From: an uncultured candidatus Porisulfidus sp.
GTDB taxonomy: Bacteria > Pseudomonadota > Gammaproteobacteria > Poriferisulfidales > Poriferisulfidaceae
Assembly: GCA_965199755.1 (NCBI GenBank)
Contig: CBDASZ010000001.1
Span: forward strand, 768,001 to 832,000
Direction: 5' to 3'
DNA: 64,000 bases
The number at the start of each line of letters is the position of its first letter. Within the stretch, counting starts at the first letter, position 1. The position numbers and the translations under genes are program-made. This document shows, one piece after another, positions 11,143 to 21,063 of this stretch. The notes under the pieces were generated by a model. That model did not search any database. It worked only from the letters and a program-made list of their open reading frames with translations, and had not been told where the DNA came from.

Positions 11143-12876
11143 ATGAGTACGGAACCTTTGCGACCGCCGCCTGATCTGGCTCTGGAGCCGTTACCGGGCG
11201 CTGAAATTTTCGTCCGCTGCCTGCTGGAAGAGCAGGTAGAGAAAGTGTTTGGCTATCCGGGCGGCGCGGTGCTGCATATCTATGACGCCTTGCACGCCCA
11301 GCAGGATGTCGATCATATTCTGGTGCGCCATGAGCAAGGTGCGGTGCATGCGGCGGAAGGCTATGCCAAATCCACAGGCAGAGTCGGTGTCGCGCTGGTT
11401 ACGTCCGGCCCTGGTGCGACCAATGCCGTCACGGGTATCGCCGACGCTTATCTGGACTCGGTGCCGCTGGTGGTGTTCACCGGACAGGTGCGCACGGCGG
11501 TTATTGGCAACGATGCCTTTCAGGAAGTCGACACGGTCGGCATTACACGCCCGTGCGTGAAGCACAACATTCTGGTGAAGAACGTCGCGGATATGCCGCT
11601 GGCGATCCGGCGCGCTTTCCACTTGGCGAATACGGGACGTCCGGGACCGGTGGTGGTGGATCTGCCGAAAGACGTGACCGAGCAAAGAATGCCGTTCTCC
11701 TACCCGGATGATCCGCAACTGCGCTCGTACCAGCCGACGATGTCGGGCCACACCGGGCAAATCAAGCGTGCGGTCAAATTGATTCTGAAGGCGCAACGAC
11801 CCATCATCTACAGCGGCGGTGGCGTGATCTCCTCAGAGGCGCATGAAGAACTCACCGAGTTTGTGCATCTGACCGGCTTTCCAGTCACCAACACGCTGAT
11901 GGGCCTCGGCGCAGTGCCGGGCACGGACCCGCAATTCATCCAGATGCTTGGCATGCACGGTTCCTACGAAGCCAACATGGCCATGCACCACAGCGACACG
12001 CTGATCGCGGTCGGTGCGCGCTTTGATGATCGCATCACCGGGGACTTGGCGAAGTTCTGTCCGTACGCGAAAGTCATTCACATTGATATTGATCCGTCGT
12101 CCATTTCCAAGAATTTCCCGGCGCACGTGCCGATTGTGGGCGACGCCAAGCACGTGCTGAAAGCGCTGTGCGATGAATTGCGCGATAGCAATCGCGCACT
12201 GCCGGATATTTCGCCGTGGTGGACGCACATTCGCGAGTGGGCGGAGAAGGATTCGTTTGGCTTTAAGCAGGATATGGACGCGCCCATCAAGCCGCAGTAT
12301 GTGCTGGATCATCTGTATCGGCTGACGAATGGCGATGCCTATGTCACATCAGACGTTGGGCAGCATCAGATGTGGGTGGCGCAGTTGTACAAGTTCGACA
12401 AGCCGCGCCGCTGGATCAACTCAGGCGGTCTCGGTACCATGGGCTTCGGCCTGCCGGCCGCGATGGGCGTGCAACTGGCGCACCCGGAGGCTCAGGTGTG
12501 CTGTGTGACGGGCGAGGCCAGCATTCAGATGTGCATTCAGGAGTTGTCCACCTGTCGCCAGTACGGCTTGCCGATCAAGATCATCAATCTGAACAATCGC
12601 TACATGGGCATGGTGCGCCAATGGCAGGACTTCTTCTATGATTCCCGTTACGCGATGTCTTACATGGAGGCATTGCCGGACTTCGTGAAACTGGCCGAGA
12701 GCTATGGCCATGCCGGCATGAAGATTGAGAAGGCGGCGGACGTGGAGCCGGCGTTGAAAGAACTCCTGAGCATGGAAGACCAACTGGTGTTTGCCGACTT
12801 CGTGACGGACCCGACGGAAAATGTATTCCCGATGATTGCTCCGGGCGCGGCGCACAATGACATGATCCTGAGCTGA
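11143..12876 (+). CDS. ilvI: Acetolactate synthase large subunit
   Basis: FGYPGGA, RHEQGA, TSGPGATN, DVGQHQMW, GMVRQWQ. Confidence 0.95.
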   Translation: MSTEPLRPPPDLALEPLPGAEIFVRCLLEEQVEKVFGYPGGAVLHIYDALHAQQDVDHILVRHEQGAVHAAEGYAKSTGRVGVALVTSGPGATNAVTGIADAYLDSVPLVVFTGQVRTAVIGNDAFQEVDTVGITRPCVKHNILVKNVADMPLAIRRAFHLANTGRPGPVVVDLPKDVTEQRMPFSYPDDPQLRSYQPTMSGHTGQIKRAVKLILKAQRPIIYSGGGVISSEAHEELTEFVHLTGFPVTNTLMGLGAVPGTDPQFIQMLGMHGSYEANMAMHHSDTLIAVGARFDDRITGDLAKFCPYAKVIHIDIDPSSISKNFPAHVPIVGDAKHVLKALCDELRDSNRALPDISPWWTHIREWAEKDSFGFKQDMDAPIKPQYVLDHLYRLTNGDAYVTSDVGQHQMWVAQLYKFDKPRRWINSGGLGTMGFGLPAAMGVQLAHPEAQVCCVTGEASIQMCIQELSTCRQYGLPIKIINLNNRYMGMVRQWQDFFYDSRYAMSYMEALPDFVKLAESYGHAGMKIEKAADVEPALKELLSMEDQLVFADFVTDPTENVFPMIAPGAAHNDMILS

Positions 12877-12877
12877 C

Positions 12878-13384
12878 ATGCGCCGGATTCTGGCGGTTCT
12901 TCTGGAGAATGAGGCCGGTGCTTTGTCGCGGGTCTCCAACCTGTTCTCTGCACGCGGTATCAACATCGACTCGTTGGCGGTGACCTCGGCTTCCGATGCC
13001 ACGCTGTCACGCATGACGCTGGTGACCTTCGGTGACGATCATGTGCTGGAGCAGGTCACCAAGCAACTGCACAAGCTGGTGGACGTGGTCACGGTCATGG
13101 ACCTGACCGCCCAAGAGCACGTAGAGCGCGAAATGGCACTGGTTAAAGTGCTGTTGCGCGACACCAAGGGGGTCGACGAACTGCAACAGATCAACAAGGT
13201 GTATCACGGACGCATCGTGGATGTTGATTCCCTGTGCTATACCAGTGCGGTTGCAGGCACCCGCGAGGAAATTGACGCCTACATCACGGCACTGTCCGGG
13301 CATGACCTTGTGGAAGTGGTCCGCTCTGGGCCGCTTGGCATTGCGCGCGGCGAGAAAGCTCTCGCCATCGGACACCATCTTTGA
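12878..13384 (+). CDS. ilvH: Acetolactate synthase small subunit
   Basis: ACT domain LLENEAGALSRV, LFSARGINIDSL. Confidence 0.93.
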   Translation: MRRILAVLLENEAGALSRVSNLFSARGINIDSLAVTSASDATLSRMTLVTFGDDHVLEQVTKQLHKLVDVVTVMDLTAQEHVEREMALVKVLLRDTKGVDELQQINKVYHGRIVDVDSLCYTSAVAGTREEIDAYITALSGHDLVEVVRSGPLGIARGEKALAIGHHL

Positions 13385-14437
<1,053 letters not shown>

Positions 14438-14494
14438 TCATGGGGCTGTTGGCATCTGCATAAGCGTGCGTTGTGGCTATCTGCCGTGCTAAAA

Positions 14495-14523
14495 TGCAAC
14501 CACGCAACTCCGGTTGCGTTGCA
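14495..14523. promoter_or_regulatory. Inverted repeat/hairpin in the ilvC-pssA intergenic region
   Basis: ACGCAAC-TCCG-GTTGCGT perfect stem, extendable with flanking TGCA; function unknown. Confidence 0.4.
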
Positions 14524-14559
14524 AAAGCAATATTGATACAAAACTTGGAGTAAGGGATC

Positions 14560-14637
14560 ATGCTTGGAAACATCGTTTCTATGGGGATTTTCTGGGCCGT
14601 CTATGCGCTGCTCGTTTGGTGCATTACGAACCTTTGA
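14560..14637 (+). CDS. Putative 25-aa single-pass membrane peptide (MLGNIVSMGIFWAVYALLVWCITNL)
   Basis: GGAG/AAGGGA RBS just upstream of ATG, fully hydrophobic uncharged product, TGA-TAA double stop; below ORF-track cutoff. Confidence 0.5.
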   Translation: MLGNIVSMGIFWAVYALLVWCITNL

Positions 14638-14709
14638 TAAGTCTGAATCGATGACTTGCGCCGCGGCTATTGCGCCGCGGCGGTATTTCCTCCTCTCTCA
14701 CGCAGTTCT

Positions 14710-15465
14710 GTGAAGGGACAACCTCGCCATCGGCGCAGTATTTATTTACTGCCAAGCCTACTGACCACCTTTGCCATGCTCGCGGGCTTTGCCGCGATCA
14801 CGCTGGCGATGAAAGGGCAGTTCGGTACCGCTGCCATTGCTATTTTTGTGGCCATGGTGCTGGATGCGCTGGACGGTCGCGTAGCCCGCCTGACACATAC
14901 GGCCAGTGAATTTGGCTTGCATTACGACAGCATCAGCGACATGCTGGCGTTTGGAGTCGCGCCGGCGCTCATCCTGTATGAGTGGTCGCTGCAATACATG
15001 CACCCGATAGGCGGCGAGTGGGCCACGCTGGGATGGCTGGGTGCCTTCTTTTATATGGCTGCAGTCGCACTGCGCCTCGCGCGTTTTAATGTGCACGCTC
15101 ACAGCGCAGACCGTAAATTCTTCCACGGGCTTCCAAGCCCGGCAGGGGCGGGGCTTCTGATTTCGGCTCTATGGGTTGCACATCGCGCCGGCTATAGTGG
15201 TGCGGATCTCAAGGCTTGGGTGCTGATAGCGACTCTGTTGGTGAGCGTGTTGCTAGTGAGTCGTTTTGCTTACTACAGCTTCAAGGAAACCACGCCGGGC
15301 TTTCATGTACGGATGCTGACGTGGCTGGCTATTCTCGGAGGCGTACTATTGTTCGCTCTGGACCCGCCGAAGGTGTTGCTGGTGGCTTTTGGTCTGTATG
15401 CGCTCACAGGCCCCGCGCTTTACATGCGTTTTCTCTGGCGTCGCCACAGCAAAGCGCCTTCCTGA
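14710..15465 (+). CDS. pssA: CDP-diacylglycerol--serine O-phosphatidyltransferase (start GTG 14710 or TTG 14656)
   Basis: IYLLPSLLT, DALDGRVAR..SEFG..DSISD CDP-alcohol motif, LRLARFN. Confidence 0.92.
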   Translation: MKGQPRHRRSIYLLPSLLTTFAMLAGFAAITLAMKGQFGTAAIAIFVAMVLDALDGRVARLTHTASEFGLHYDSISDMLAFGVAPALILYEWSLQYMHPIGGEWATLGWLGAFFYMAAVALRLARFNVHAHSADRKFFHGLPSPAGAGLLISALWVAHRAGYSGADLKAWVLIATLLVSVLLVSRFAYYSFKETTPGFHVRMLTWLAILGGVLLFALDPPKVLLVAFGLYALTGPALYMRFLWRRHSKAPS

Positions 15466-15476
15466 ACGGTTGCGGC

Positions 15477-15953
15477 TTACAGCAGGGCGATTTCGCTGAC
15501 TAAAATGCCGTCGGTGTCGGCCGCGAGCCAATGCCCAGGCACGAAGTCGACGCCCGCGAACTGTACCGTCACATCCCGCTCACCCAGATCACGCTTGACG
15601 CTTTTCAGGGGATACGTCCCCAGCGCCTTGACGCCGACGGACAGGGTGGCGATCACTGCGGAATCCCGAATAAGGCCGTTGACAATGATGCCGGACCAGT
15701 TGTTGTCCTGAGCCTTGCCGGCAAGAATATCACCGAGCAGGGCGCAATTTCCTGACGCATTGCCGTCAATGACCAGCACACGGCCTTGCCCGTCTTCACT
15801 CAAGGCTTCACGAACTTTTGAGTTGTCATCAGGACAACGCACAGTGGAAATATATCCCGAAAAGGCAAGGATACCGCCGAAATCACGAAACCCCGGTGTC
15901 GCGATGTGGATAGCGCTGTGTTGATCGGAAAGATCTGCGGTTGACACTCTCAT
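15477..15953 (-). CDS. rraA: RraA family protein / HMG aldolase
   Basis: TADLSD, DNSKVR, GRVLVIDG, ALLGD, IRDS, ADTDGI. Confidence 0.92.
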   Translation of the reverse strand: MRVSTADLSDQHSAIHIATPGFRDFGGILAFSGYISTVRCPDDNSKVREALSEDGQGRVLVIDGNASGNCALLGDILAGKAQDNNWSGIIVNGLIRDSAVIATLSVGVKALGTYPLKSVKRDLGERDVTVQFAGVDFVPGHWLAADTDGILVSEIALL

Positions 15954-15983
15954 GGGGAACAGGGTGCGTCAGGCGCACTCATT

Positions 15984-16023
15984 ATAAAGTGCGGTACTGC
16001 AGGATAAAGTGTGGTCCTGCAGG
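15984..16023. repeat. 20-bp tandem direct repeat (2 copies, 18/20 identical)
   Basis: ATAAAGTGCGGTACTGCAGG followed immediately by ATAAAGTGTGGTCCTGCAGG. Confidence 0.75.
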
Positions 16024-16055
16024 GGCTTATTGCGGCAATTACAGTGCGTGATGTC

Positions 16056-16991
16056 TCAAGCCAGGCACTGCTTAAGATTTTTTGCCAGATTGCGCATCAT
16101 CTCGAAGTACAGATCGGGGCCATCAGCAAGATCGGCCCCAAGCGGGTCCAGCATCCCACTGGAAGCTTCACTGCCTTCAATTACAGTTTGTATCAGACGG
16201 TCCGAGAATTGAGGTTCGCGAAATACACATCGTGCACCGGTTGCCTTTAATTTATCACGCATTTCCTGAAGACGTGCTGGCGGCGGAGTTTCGCCGGAGG
16301 GGTGCGTGATGCTGCCGACGTTATTCAGCTGATATGCCTTCTCCAGGTACTGATAGGCGTCGTGAAAGACAATGAATGGTTTGCCGCGCACGTCAGCGAG
16401 GATGGTTTCCAACTCTTTCTCCAGAGCGTCAATGCGCGCAATGACCTTCAGGGCGTTGGCTTTATAGGTTTTGCGGTTGTCAAAATCAATGGCGCTCAAC
16501 TCTTTTACGATCCACATCACCATGCGCCGGGCGTTATCCGGATCCAGCCAGACGTGTAAGTCGGGAACATCGTGTCCATGATCATGTCCGTGATCATGAT
16601 CGGCATGCCCGTCCTCCCAGGGACCGCCTATCCGAAATGGGTGCAGCGAAAGATTCGCGTCATTAGCCGCTGTTGATACCTTAATTCCGTCGGGCAGGGT
16701 CTGGAGCGTGGACTCCATAAAAACCTCAAAACTATCTCCCATATATAGGATAAGTTTGGAGTTTTGCACTGCACTTACTTGCGAGGGCTTGAGCTGAAAG
16801 TTATGCGGTGTGGTCGCACCTTTGAGGATAAGAATGGGTTCTGTAATATCGCCCGCGACGCCGGAGACAAGCGAGTGAAGTGGCTTGACCGTGGTCACAA
16901 TGCCGCCGGTTTTCCCGAATTCAGATTCGGCGAAGGCCAATCCTGGGAAATGCAGAAGCAGAAGAAGCAAGATCGAGGTGCGAATAGGCAT
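16056..16991 (-). CDS. znuA: Zinc ABC transporter substrate-binding protein
   Basis: Signal peptide, KPLHSLV, TPH, His-rich loop HADHDHGHDHGH, HVWLDP, FHDAYQY. Confidence 0.94.
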   Translation of the reverse strand: MPIRTSILLLLLLHFPGLAFAESEFGKTGGIVTTVKPLHSLVSGVAGDITEPILILKGATTPHNFQLKPSQVSAVQNSKLILYMGDSFEVFMESTLQTLPDGIKVSTAANDANLSLHPFRIGGPWEDGHADHDHGHDHGHDVPDLHVWLDPDNARRMVMWIVKELSAIDFDNRKTYKANALKVIARIDALEKELETILADVRGKPFIVFHDAYQYLEKAYQLNNVGSITHPSGETPPPARLQEMRDKLKATGARCVFREPQFSDRLIQTVIEGSEASSGMLDPLGADLADGPDLYFEMMRNLAKNLKQCLA

Positions 16992-17035
16992 ATTAAGGAG
17001 TACCTGTAGTTGGTAGAATAGGGGATCTTGAAAAG

Positions 17036-17057
17036 ATGTTATATTATACTATAACAT
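17036..17057. promoter_or_regulatory. Zur operator between divergent znuA and zur-znuCB
   Basis: ATGTTATA-TTATAC-TATAACAT palindrome with the proteobacterial Zur half-sites TGTTATA/TATAACA. Confidence 0.8.
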
Positions 17058-17093
17058 TCTTCGGGCATGCACATTGCATGTTGGGATCTTATT

Positions 17094-17549
17094 ATGAAAC
17101 ATCGCATGGAGCATGATCGTTTTGTAGATCGCGCCTTGCAGCGTGCAGAGCAAATCTGTCAGGATCATGGGGCTCGCTTTACCCATTTGCGCCGGCGTGT
17201 GCTGGAAATCATCTGGGCCAATCACACTCCGTCGAAAGCCTATGACATTCTGGCTGTACTGATGCGGGAAGACGCTTCCGCGAAACCACCGACCGTCTAC
17301 CGGACGCTGAACTTTCTGATGGAGCACGGGCTGGTACACAAGATCAATAGTCTGAACGCCTACATGGGTTGCGCGCATCCTGACGCGCATGAAGAGTGTC
17401 AGTTTTTGATCTGCAGAAAATGTGGCGTGGTTGAAGAATGCCGCAATCCGGAAGTCACTCAGGCCGTCAGCAGTACAGCTAATGCGAGCAAGTTTCATCT
17501 CCAGAAAACAGAAGTAGAGCTTTCTGGTGAATGTGCGGCGTGTCTGTAG
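17094..17549 (+). CDS. zur: Zinc uptake regulator (Fur family)
   Basis: KAYDIL, PPTVYRTLNFL, C..CG and C..C zinc sites; znu context. Confidence 0.93.
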   Translation: MKHRMEHDRFVDRALQRAEQICQDHGARFTHLRRRVLEIIWANHTPSKAYDILAVLMREDASAKPPTVYRTLNFLMEHGLVHKINSLNAYMGCAHPDAHEECQFLICRKCGVVEECRNPEVTQAVSSTANASKFHLQKTEVELSGECAACL

Positions 17550-17562
17550 TGAGGAATTAATT

Positions 17563-18288
17563 ATGGGCACTTTGATTGAGGCGAAAAACATTCACGTCTT
17601 CCGCCATAAAAAACATATTCTCGACGATGTTTCGGTGCACATCGGAGAGCGCGATTTCATCACCATCATCGGTCCGAACGGAGCCGGGAAATCAATGTTG
17701 CTGAAATGTCTGATCGGCTTCTACGAACCCAACAGAGGCAGTATTCAACGCCAACCAGGATTACGGATTGGCTATGTTCCGCAGCGCCTGACGCCGCATC
17801 CCTCTATGCCGATTACGGTGCATCGCTTCCTGTCTTTGCGCAAGCGCACCACTGAGACTCATTTGCAGCGCATCGTGCAAGAGACGCATATCGAAAAGTT
17901 TCTGGAATCGCCGCTGTCGACCTTGTCGGGCGGAGAATTGCAGCGTGTGCTGCTGGCGCGCAGCCTGCTGGTCGATCCACAACTGCTAATACTGGATGAA
18001 ATATCCCAGAATCTGGACATCACCCGGCAAGTGAGTTTCTATCGATTGCTGGAGCAGATCTATGAAGAGCATGAACTCAGCATCCTGATGGTGTCGCACG
18101 ATCTGCACATGGTGCTGGCGTCGACCCAGAGAGTCATCTGTTTGTTTCACCACGTGTGCTGCTCCGGGGAGCCGCAAGCCGTCACCAAGGATCCCCAATT
18201 CATCTCACTGTTCGGCGATGATATGGCTGAAATGATGGCGATCTACCAACACAGTCACGACAAGCATCAGCATCATGAGCACACTTGA
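17563..18288 (+). CDS. znuC: Zinc ABC transporter ATPase
   Basis: GPNGAGKS, LSGGE, LILDE, HHVCCSG, His-rich tail. Confidence 0.93.
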   Translation: MGTLIEAKNIHVFRHKKHILDDVSVHIGERDFITIIGPNGAGKSMLLKCLIGFYEPNRGSIQRQPGLRIGYVPQRLTPHPSMPITVHRFLSLRKRTTETHLQRIVQETHIEKFLESPLSTLSGGELQRVLLARSLLVDPQLLILDEISQNLDITRQVSFYRLLEQIYEEHELSILMVSHDLHMVLASTQRVICLFHHVCCSGEPQAVTKDPQFISLFGDDMAEMMAIYQHSHDKHQHHEHT

Positions 18289-19087
18289 CATATTGTTCGA
18301 ACCGTTTCTTGTGCGCGCGGTCATCGGCGGGGTCGGGGTTGCGATTATTGCCGGCGCTATTGGCTGCTTAGTGGTCTGGCGTCGCATGGCCTATTTCGGT
18401 GATTCGCTGGCGTACAGCGCCTTGCTCGGTATTGCACTAGGATTGGCCGTTGGCATCAATCTGAATCTCAGCACGCTGCTGACGTGCTCCGTCTTTGCAG
18501 TGGCATTGTTGTGGCTGCAGCAAAGAAAGATTCTGGCGACCGACACGCTGCTGGGCATACTGGCGCACGCCGCACTGGCCGCAGGCATGATCACCCTGAG
18601 TTTTCTGGAGCAGGAGAGGGGATTGCAGACGTATCTGTTTGGCGATATTCTGACGGTGACGACGCAGGAGTTGTGGTGGATTTATATTGGTGGCGCACTG
18701 ATTCTGCCGCTGCTGGCCTGGAACTGGTCGGCGCTGGTGCTGATGACCATCCACGAAGATCTGGCGCGGGCGGAAAATATCAACACCATCTTCACGCAAA
18801 TGCTGCTGTTGTTTTTGATGACTTTGGTGGTCGCGGTCTCGATTCGCATCGTAGGTATTCTGCTGATCACTTCGCTGTTGATTATTCCGGCTGCCGCTGC
18901 GCGTTTTTTGGCGCGCACTCCGCAAACCATGGCGATAACCTCCGCACTGGTCGGCGTCCTCTCCGTGCTCATCGGGGTATATAGCTCATTATATTTTGAT
19001 ACGCCCTCTGGGCCGTCCATCATCATGGCAGCAACTTTTCTGTTTATGCTATTGCTTTCTCTCTTCTCCCATCGCATGAGGTATTAA
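18275..19087 (+). CDS. znuB: Zinc ABC transporter permease
   Basis: WRRMAYFGDSLA, YLFGDIL, LLIIPAAAAR, DTPSGPSI. Confidence 0.94.
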   Translation: MSTLDILFEPFLVRAVIGGVGVAIIAGAIGCLVVWRRMAYFGDSLAYSALLGIALGLAVGINLNLSTLLTCSVFAVALLWLQQRKILATDTLLGILAHAALAAGMITLSFLEQERGLQTYLFGDILTVTTQELWWIYIGGALILPLLAWNWSALVLMTIHEDLARAENINTIFTQMLLLFLMTLVVAVSIRIVGILLITSLLIIPAAAARFLARTPQTMAITSALVGVLSVLIGVYSSLYFDTPSGPSIIMAATFLFMLLLSLFSHRMRY

Positions 19088-19089
19088 TA

Positions 19090-20502
19090 ATGCGTTCTCT
19101 TATTTTCTTTGTACTGGCGGCTGCGGCAACGACCGTGAGTCCGACCTTCGCGGCGAAAGGGCATGACCATTCAGCGCACGCAGGTGAGGGTTTTTACGCG
19201 GACATTCATACCAAGGTGCATGCGGATAATATCGTTTCCTCCGAGGAAAGCGACGGGGAGTTCGTTGAAATCTATACGCACTCGCATTTTGACGTCGGCG
19301 GCTCATTGGGCGAGTACTTTTCCATTCATGCGGGCTTCAAACTTGAAGGTGAACCTGCCGGACATGCCCATGGATCTGGACCCGCGCTTGCCGTGCCAGA
19401 TGGCAGTCATCGGTTCTTTGATGACCACCCGCTGTTGATCGAGCAATTGAGGTTGAGCTTCAGCAACGGCCCGTTTTCGCTTTATGCGGGTAAATTCAAT
19501 CCGATTGTCGGCTTCGACTATGAGCGCTTCCCCGGCGTGTACAGTTACCAGACCGTTGAGGAATACGCGATTCGGGAGCGCATCGGTGTGGGTGGCGCGA
19601 TGAAGTTCAATGCCGCGGAGCGTGGCACACACAAACTGGATATATCAGGCTTCTTTGCCGACACCACGTTTTTGAGCGATTCCATAATCACGCGGCGTGG
19701 ACAGACCGACGAAGAAGATGGCGGCGTCAGCAATACCGAAGACCTGTCTTCCTTTGCTATCTCGCTCGGTGGGACGGATTTCTACTCGCTGACCAATGAC
19801 TTTGTCGAGGGACTGTCGTATCGAGTCGGATACGCGAAACAGAAAGCGGGAATGTGTGAGGAGACCGATGAAAGACGCATGTCCGCCTCTCTGGAATACA
19901 AGCATGTGTTTTCTCGCGACCTGAGTGCCCGTCTGGTCACCGAATATATGGATATTGATCACTTTGGCGGCGTGGACGCGCATGACCGCTCACACGGCAT
20001 GGTGGCTCTGGGTTGGGATTACAAGCAGTGGAATCTCTCCATGTCGTACATGCACGTCAACAACAAGTTGCGGCAAATGGACCTGATCGAAGCGATGCAC
20101 GAACATCATGGCGAGGAAGAAGAAAATGAAGAGCACGATGAAGGTCATGCAGAGGATGATCACGCGGATGAGGACGAGCATGGGCATGATGAAGAAAGTG
20201 GGTGCGTAGCTCATGGACACGAAGACGAACATGGCCATGAAGAGGGCGAGGAAGATGGACATGTCGAAATGGTGTCCGCCATGGAAGAGGAGCCTCACGA
20301 TGACGAGGAAGATCATGGGCATGGGCATGAAGATGAACACGACCACGGCGGCGAGGGCTTGGACGGTCATATCTTTCAGGTCTCAGTCGGCTACCGATTC
20401 GACAATGGCGTCGGCATTGACTGGGGCTACCAGTACGTGGACGAAGAAGGGGAGATCACCGAACGCACCGGTTTGATGCTGAGTTTCGGCTACGCTTTCT
20501 AG
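19090..20502 (+). CDS. Outer-membrane beta-barrel (porin-like) with His/Asp/Glu-rich loop
   Basis: Signal peptide, amphipathic strands, GKFNP motif, C-terminal FGYAF; 2 nt after znuB stop. Confidence 0.75.
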   Translation: MRSLIFFVLAAAATTVSPTFAAKGHDHSAHAGEGFYADIHTKVHADNIVSSEESDGEFVEIYTHSHFDVGGSLGEYFSIHAGFKLEGEPAGHAHGSGPALAVPDGSHRFFDDHPLLIEQLRLSFSNGPFSLYAGKFNPIVGFDYERFPGVYSYQTVEEYAIRERIGVGGAMKFNAAERGTHKLDISGFFADTTFLSDSIITRRGQTDEEDGGVSNTEDLSSFAISLGGTDFYSLTNDFVEGLSYRVGYAKQKAGMCEETDERRMSASLEYKHVFSRDLSARLVTEYMDIDHFGGVDAHDRSHGMVALGWDYKQWNLSMSYMHVNNKLRQMDLIEAMHEHHGEEEENEEHDEGHAEDDHADEDEHGHDEESGCVAHGHEDEHGHEEGEEDGHVEMVSAMEEEPHDDEEDHGHGHEDEHDHGGEGLDGHIFQVSVGYRFDNGVGIDWGYQYVDEEGEITERTGLMLSFGYAF

Positions 20503-20530
20503 TCGAGCAGGTCACCCGCGACAGTCACAG

Positions 20531-20557
20531 CGGTCTTGTCGGCAAGCGGCAAGACCG
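20531..20557. terminator. Hairpin between convergent porin gene and tRNA-Ser
   Basis: CGGTCTTGTCG-GCAAG-CGGCAAGACCG 11-bp stem with one G-U pair; no clear U-tract. Confidence 0.45.
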
Positions 20558-20591
20558 AAGAGATTCTTAATGGTATCTGAGAGCCGTCAAT

Positions 20592-20684
<93 letters not shown>

Positions 20685-20704
20685 CGCAGACTCGTGGGGA
20701 CGGG

Positions 20705-21034
20705 TCACGCTTTTTGCAAATCGCCGCCGCCCATGGCTGGCATATAAGTGATATTGCCTTCTGCCTTGCGTATTTCAGGCGTACCGGCTTTCTCCACCTC
20801 ATCAATGCGGACCACGGCCTGCATCGGAACATAGGTTCGCGCGACGGACTCAAATTCCGTCTTCAGTCGCTCCTCGCTGGGATCGACCACCACTTGCGTG
20901 CGTTCACCAAAGATGATGTCTTCCACCACTACAAAACCGAACAAATCGGAAGAGTAGACGTGTTGCGCGTAGATTTCGTAGATCTCACCGTTGGAGTGGA
21001 AGATGATCTTGTAAATCGGCTCAGGTTCTGTCAT
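20705..21034 (-). CDS. DUF1820 family protein
   Basis: IYKIIF..YEIYA, FGERTQVVVDPSEERLK, VRIDEVEK. Confidence 0.85.
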   Translation of the reverse strand: MTEPEPIYKIIFHSNGEIYEIYAQHVYSSDLFGFVVVEDIIFGERTQVVVDPSEERLKTEFESVARTYVPMQAVVRIDEVEKAGTPEIRKAEGNITYMPAMGGGDLQKA

Positions 21035-21063
21035 GACAAACTGGAGTAGGGGATTGCGTCCGA

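Noticed and set aside
14474-14490. Sigma-54 promoter TGGC...TGC
   Set aside because: GG-to-GC spacing is 11 nt rather than the required 10
15954-16055. att site or integrase marking an active island at tRNA-Ser
   Set aside because: No copy of the tRNA 3' end and no recombinase or transposase visible
20098-20346. CRISPR-like or DNA tandem repeat array
   Set aside because: Repetition is at the peptide level (His/Glu/Asp codons) without identical repeats and spacers; no cas genes
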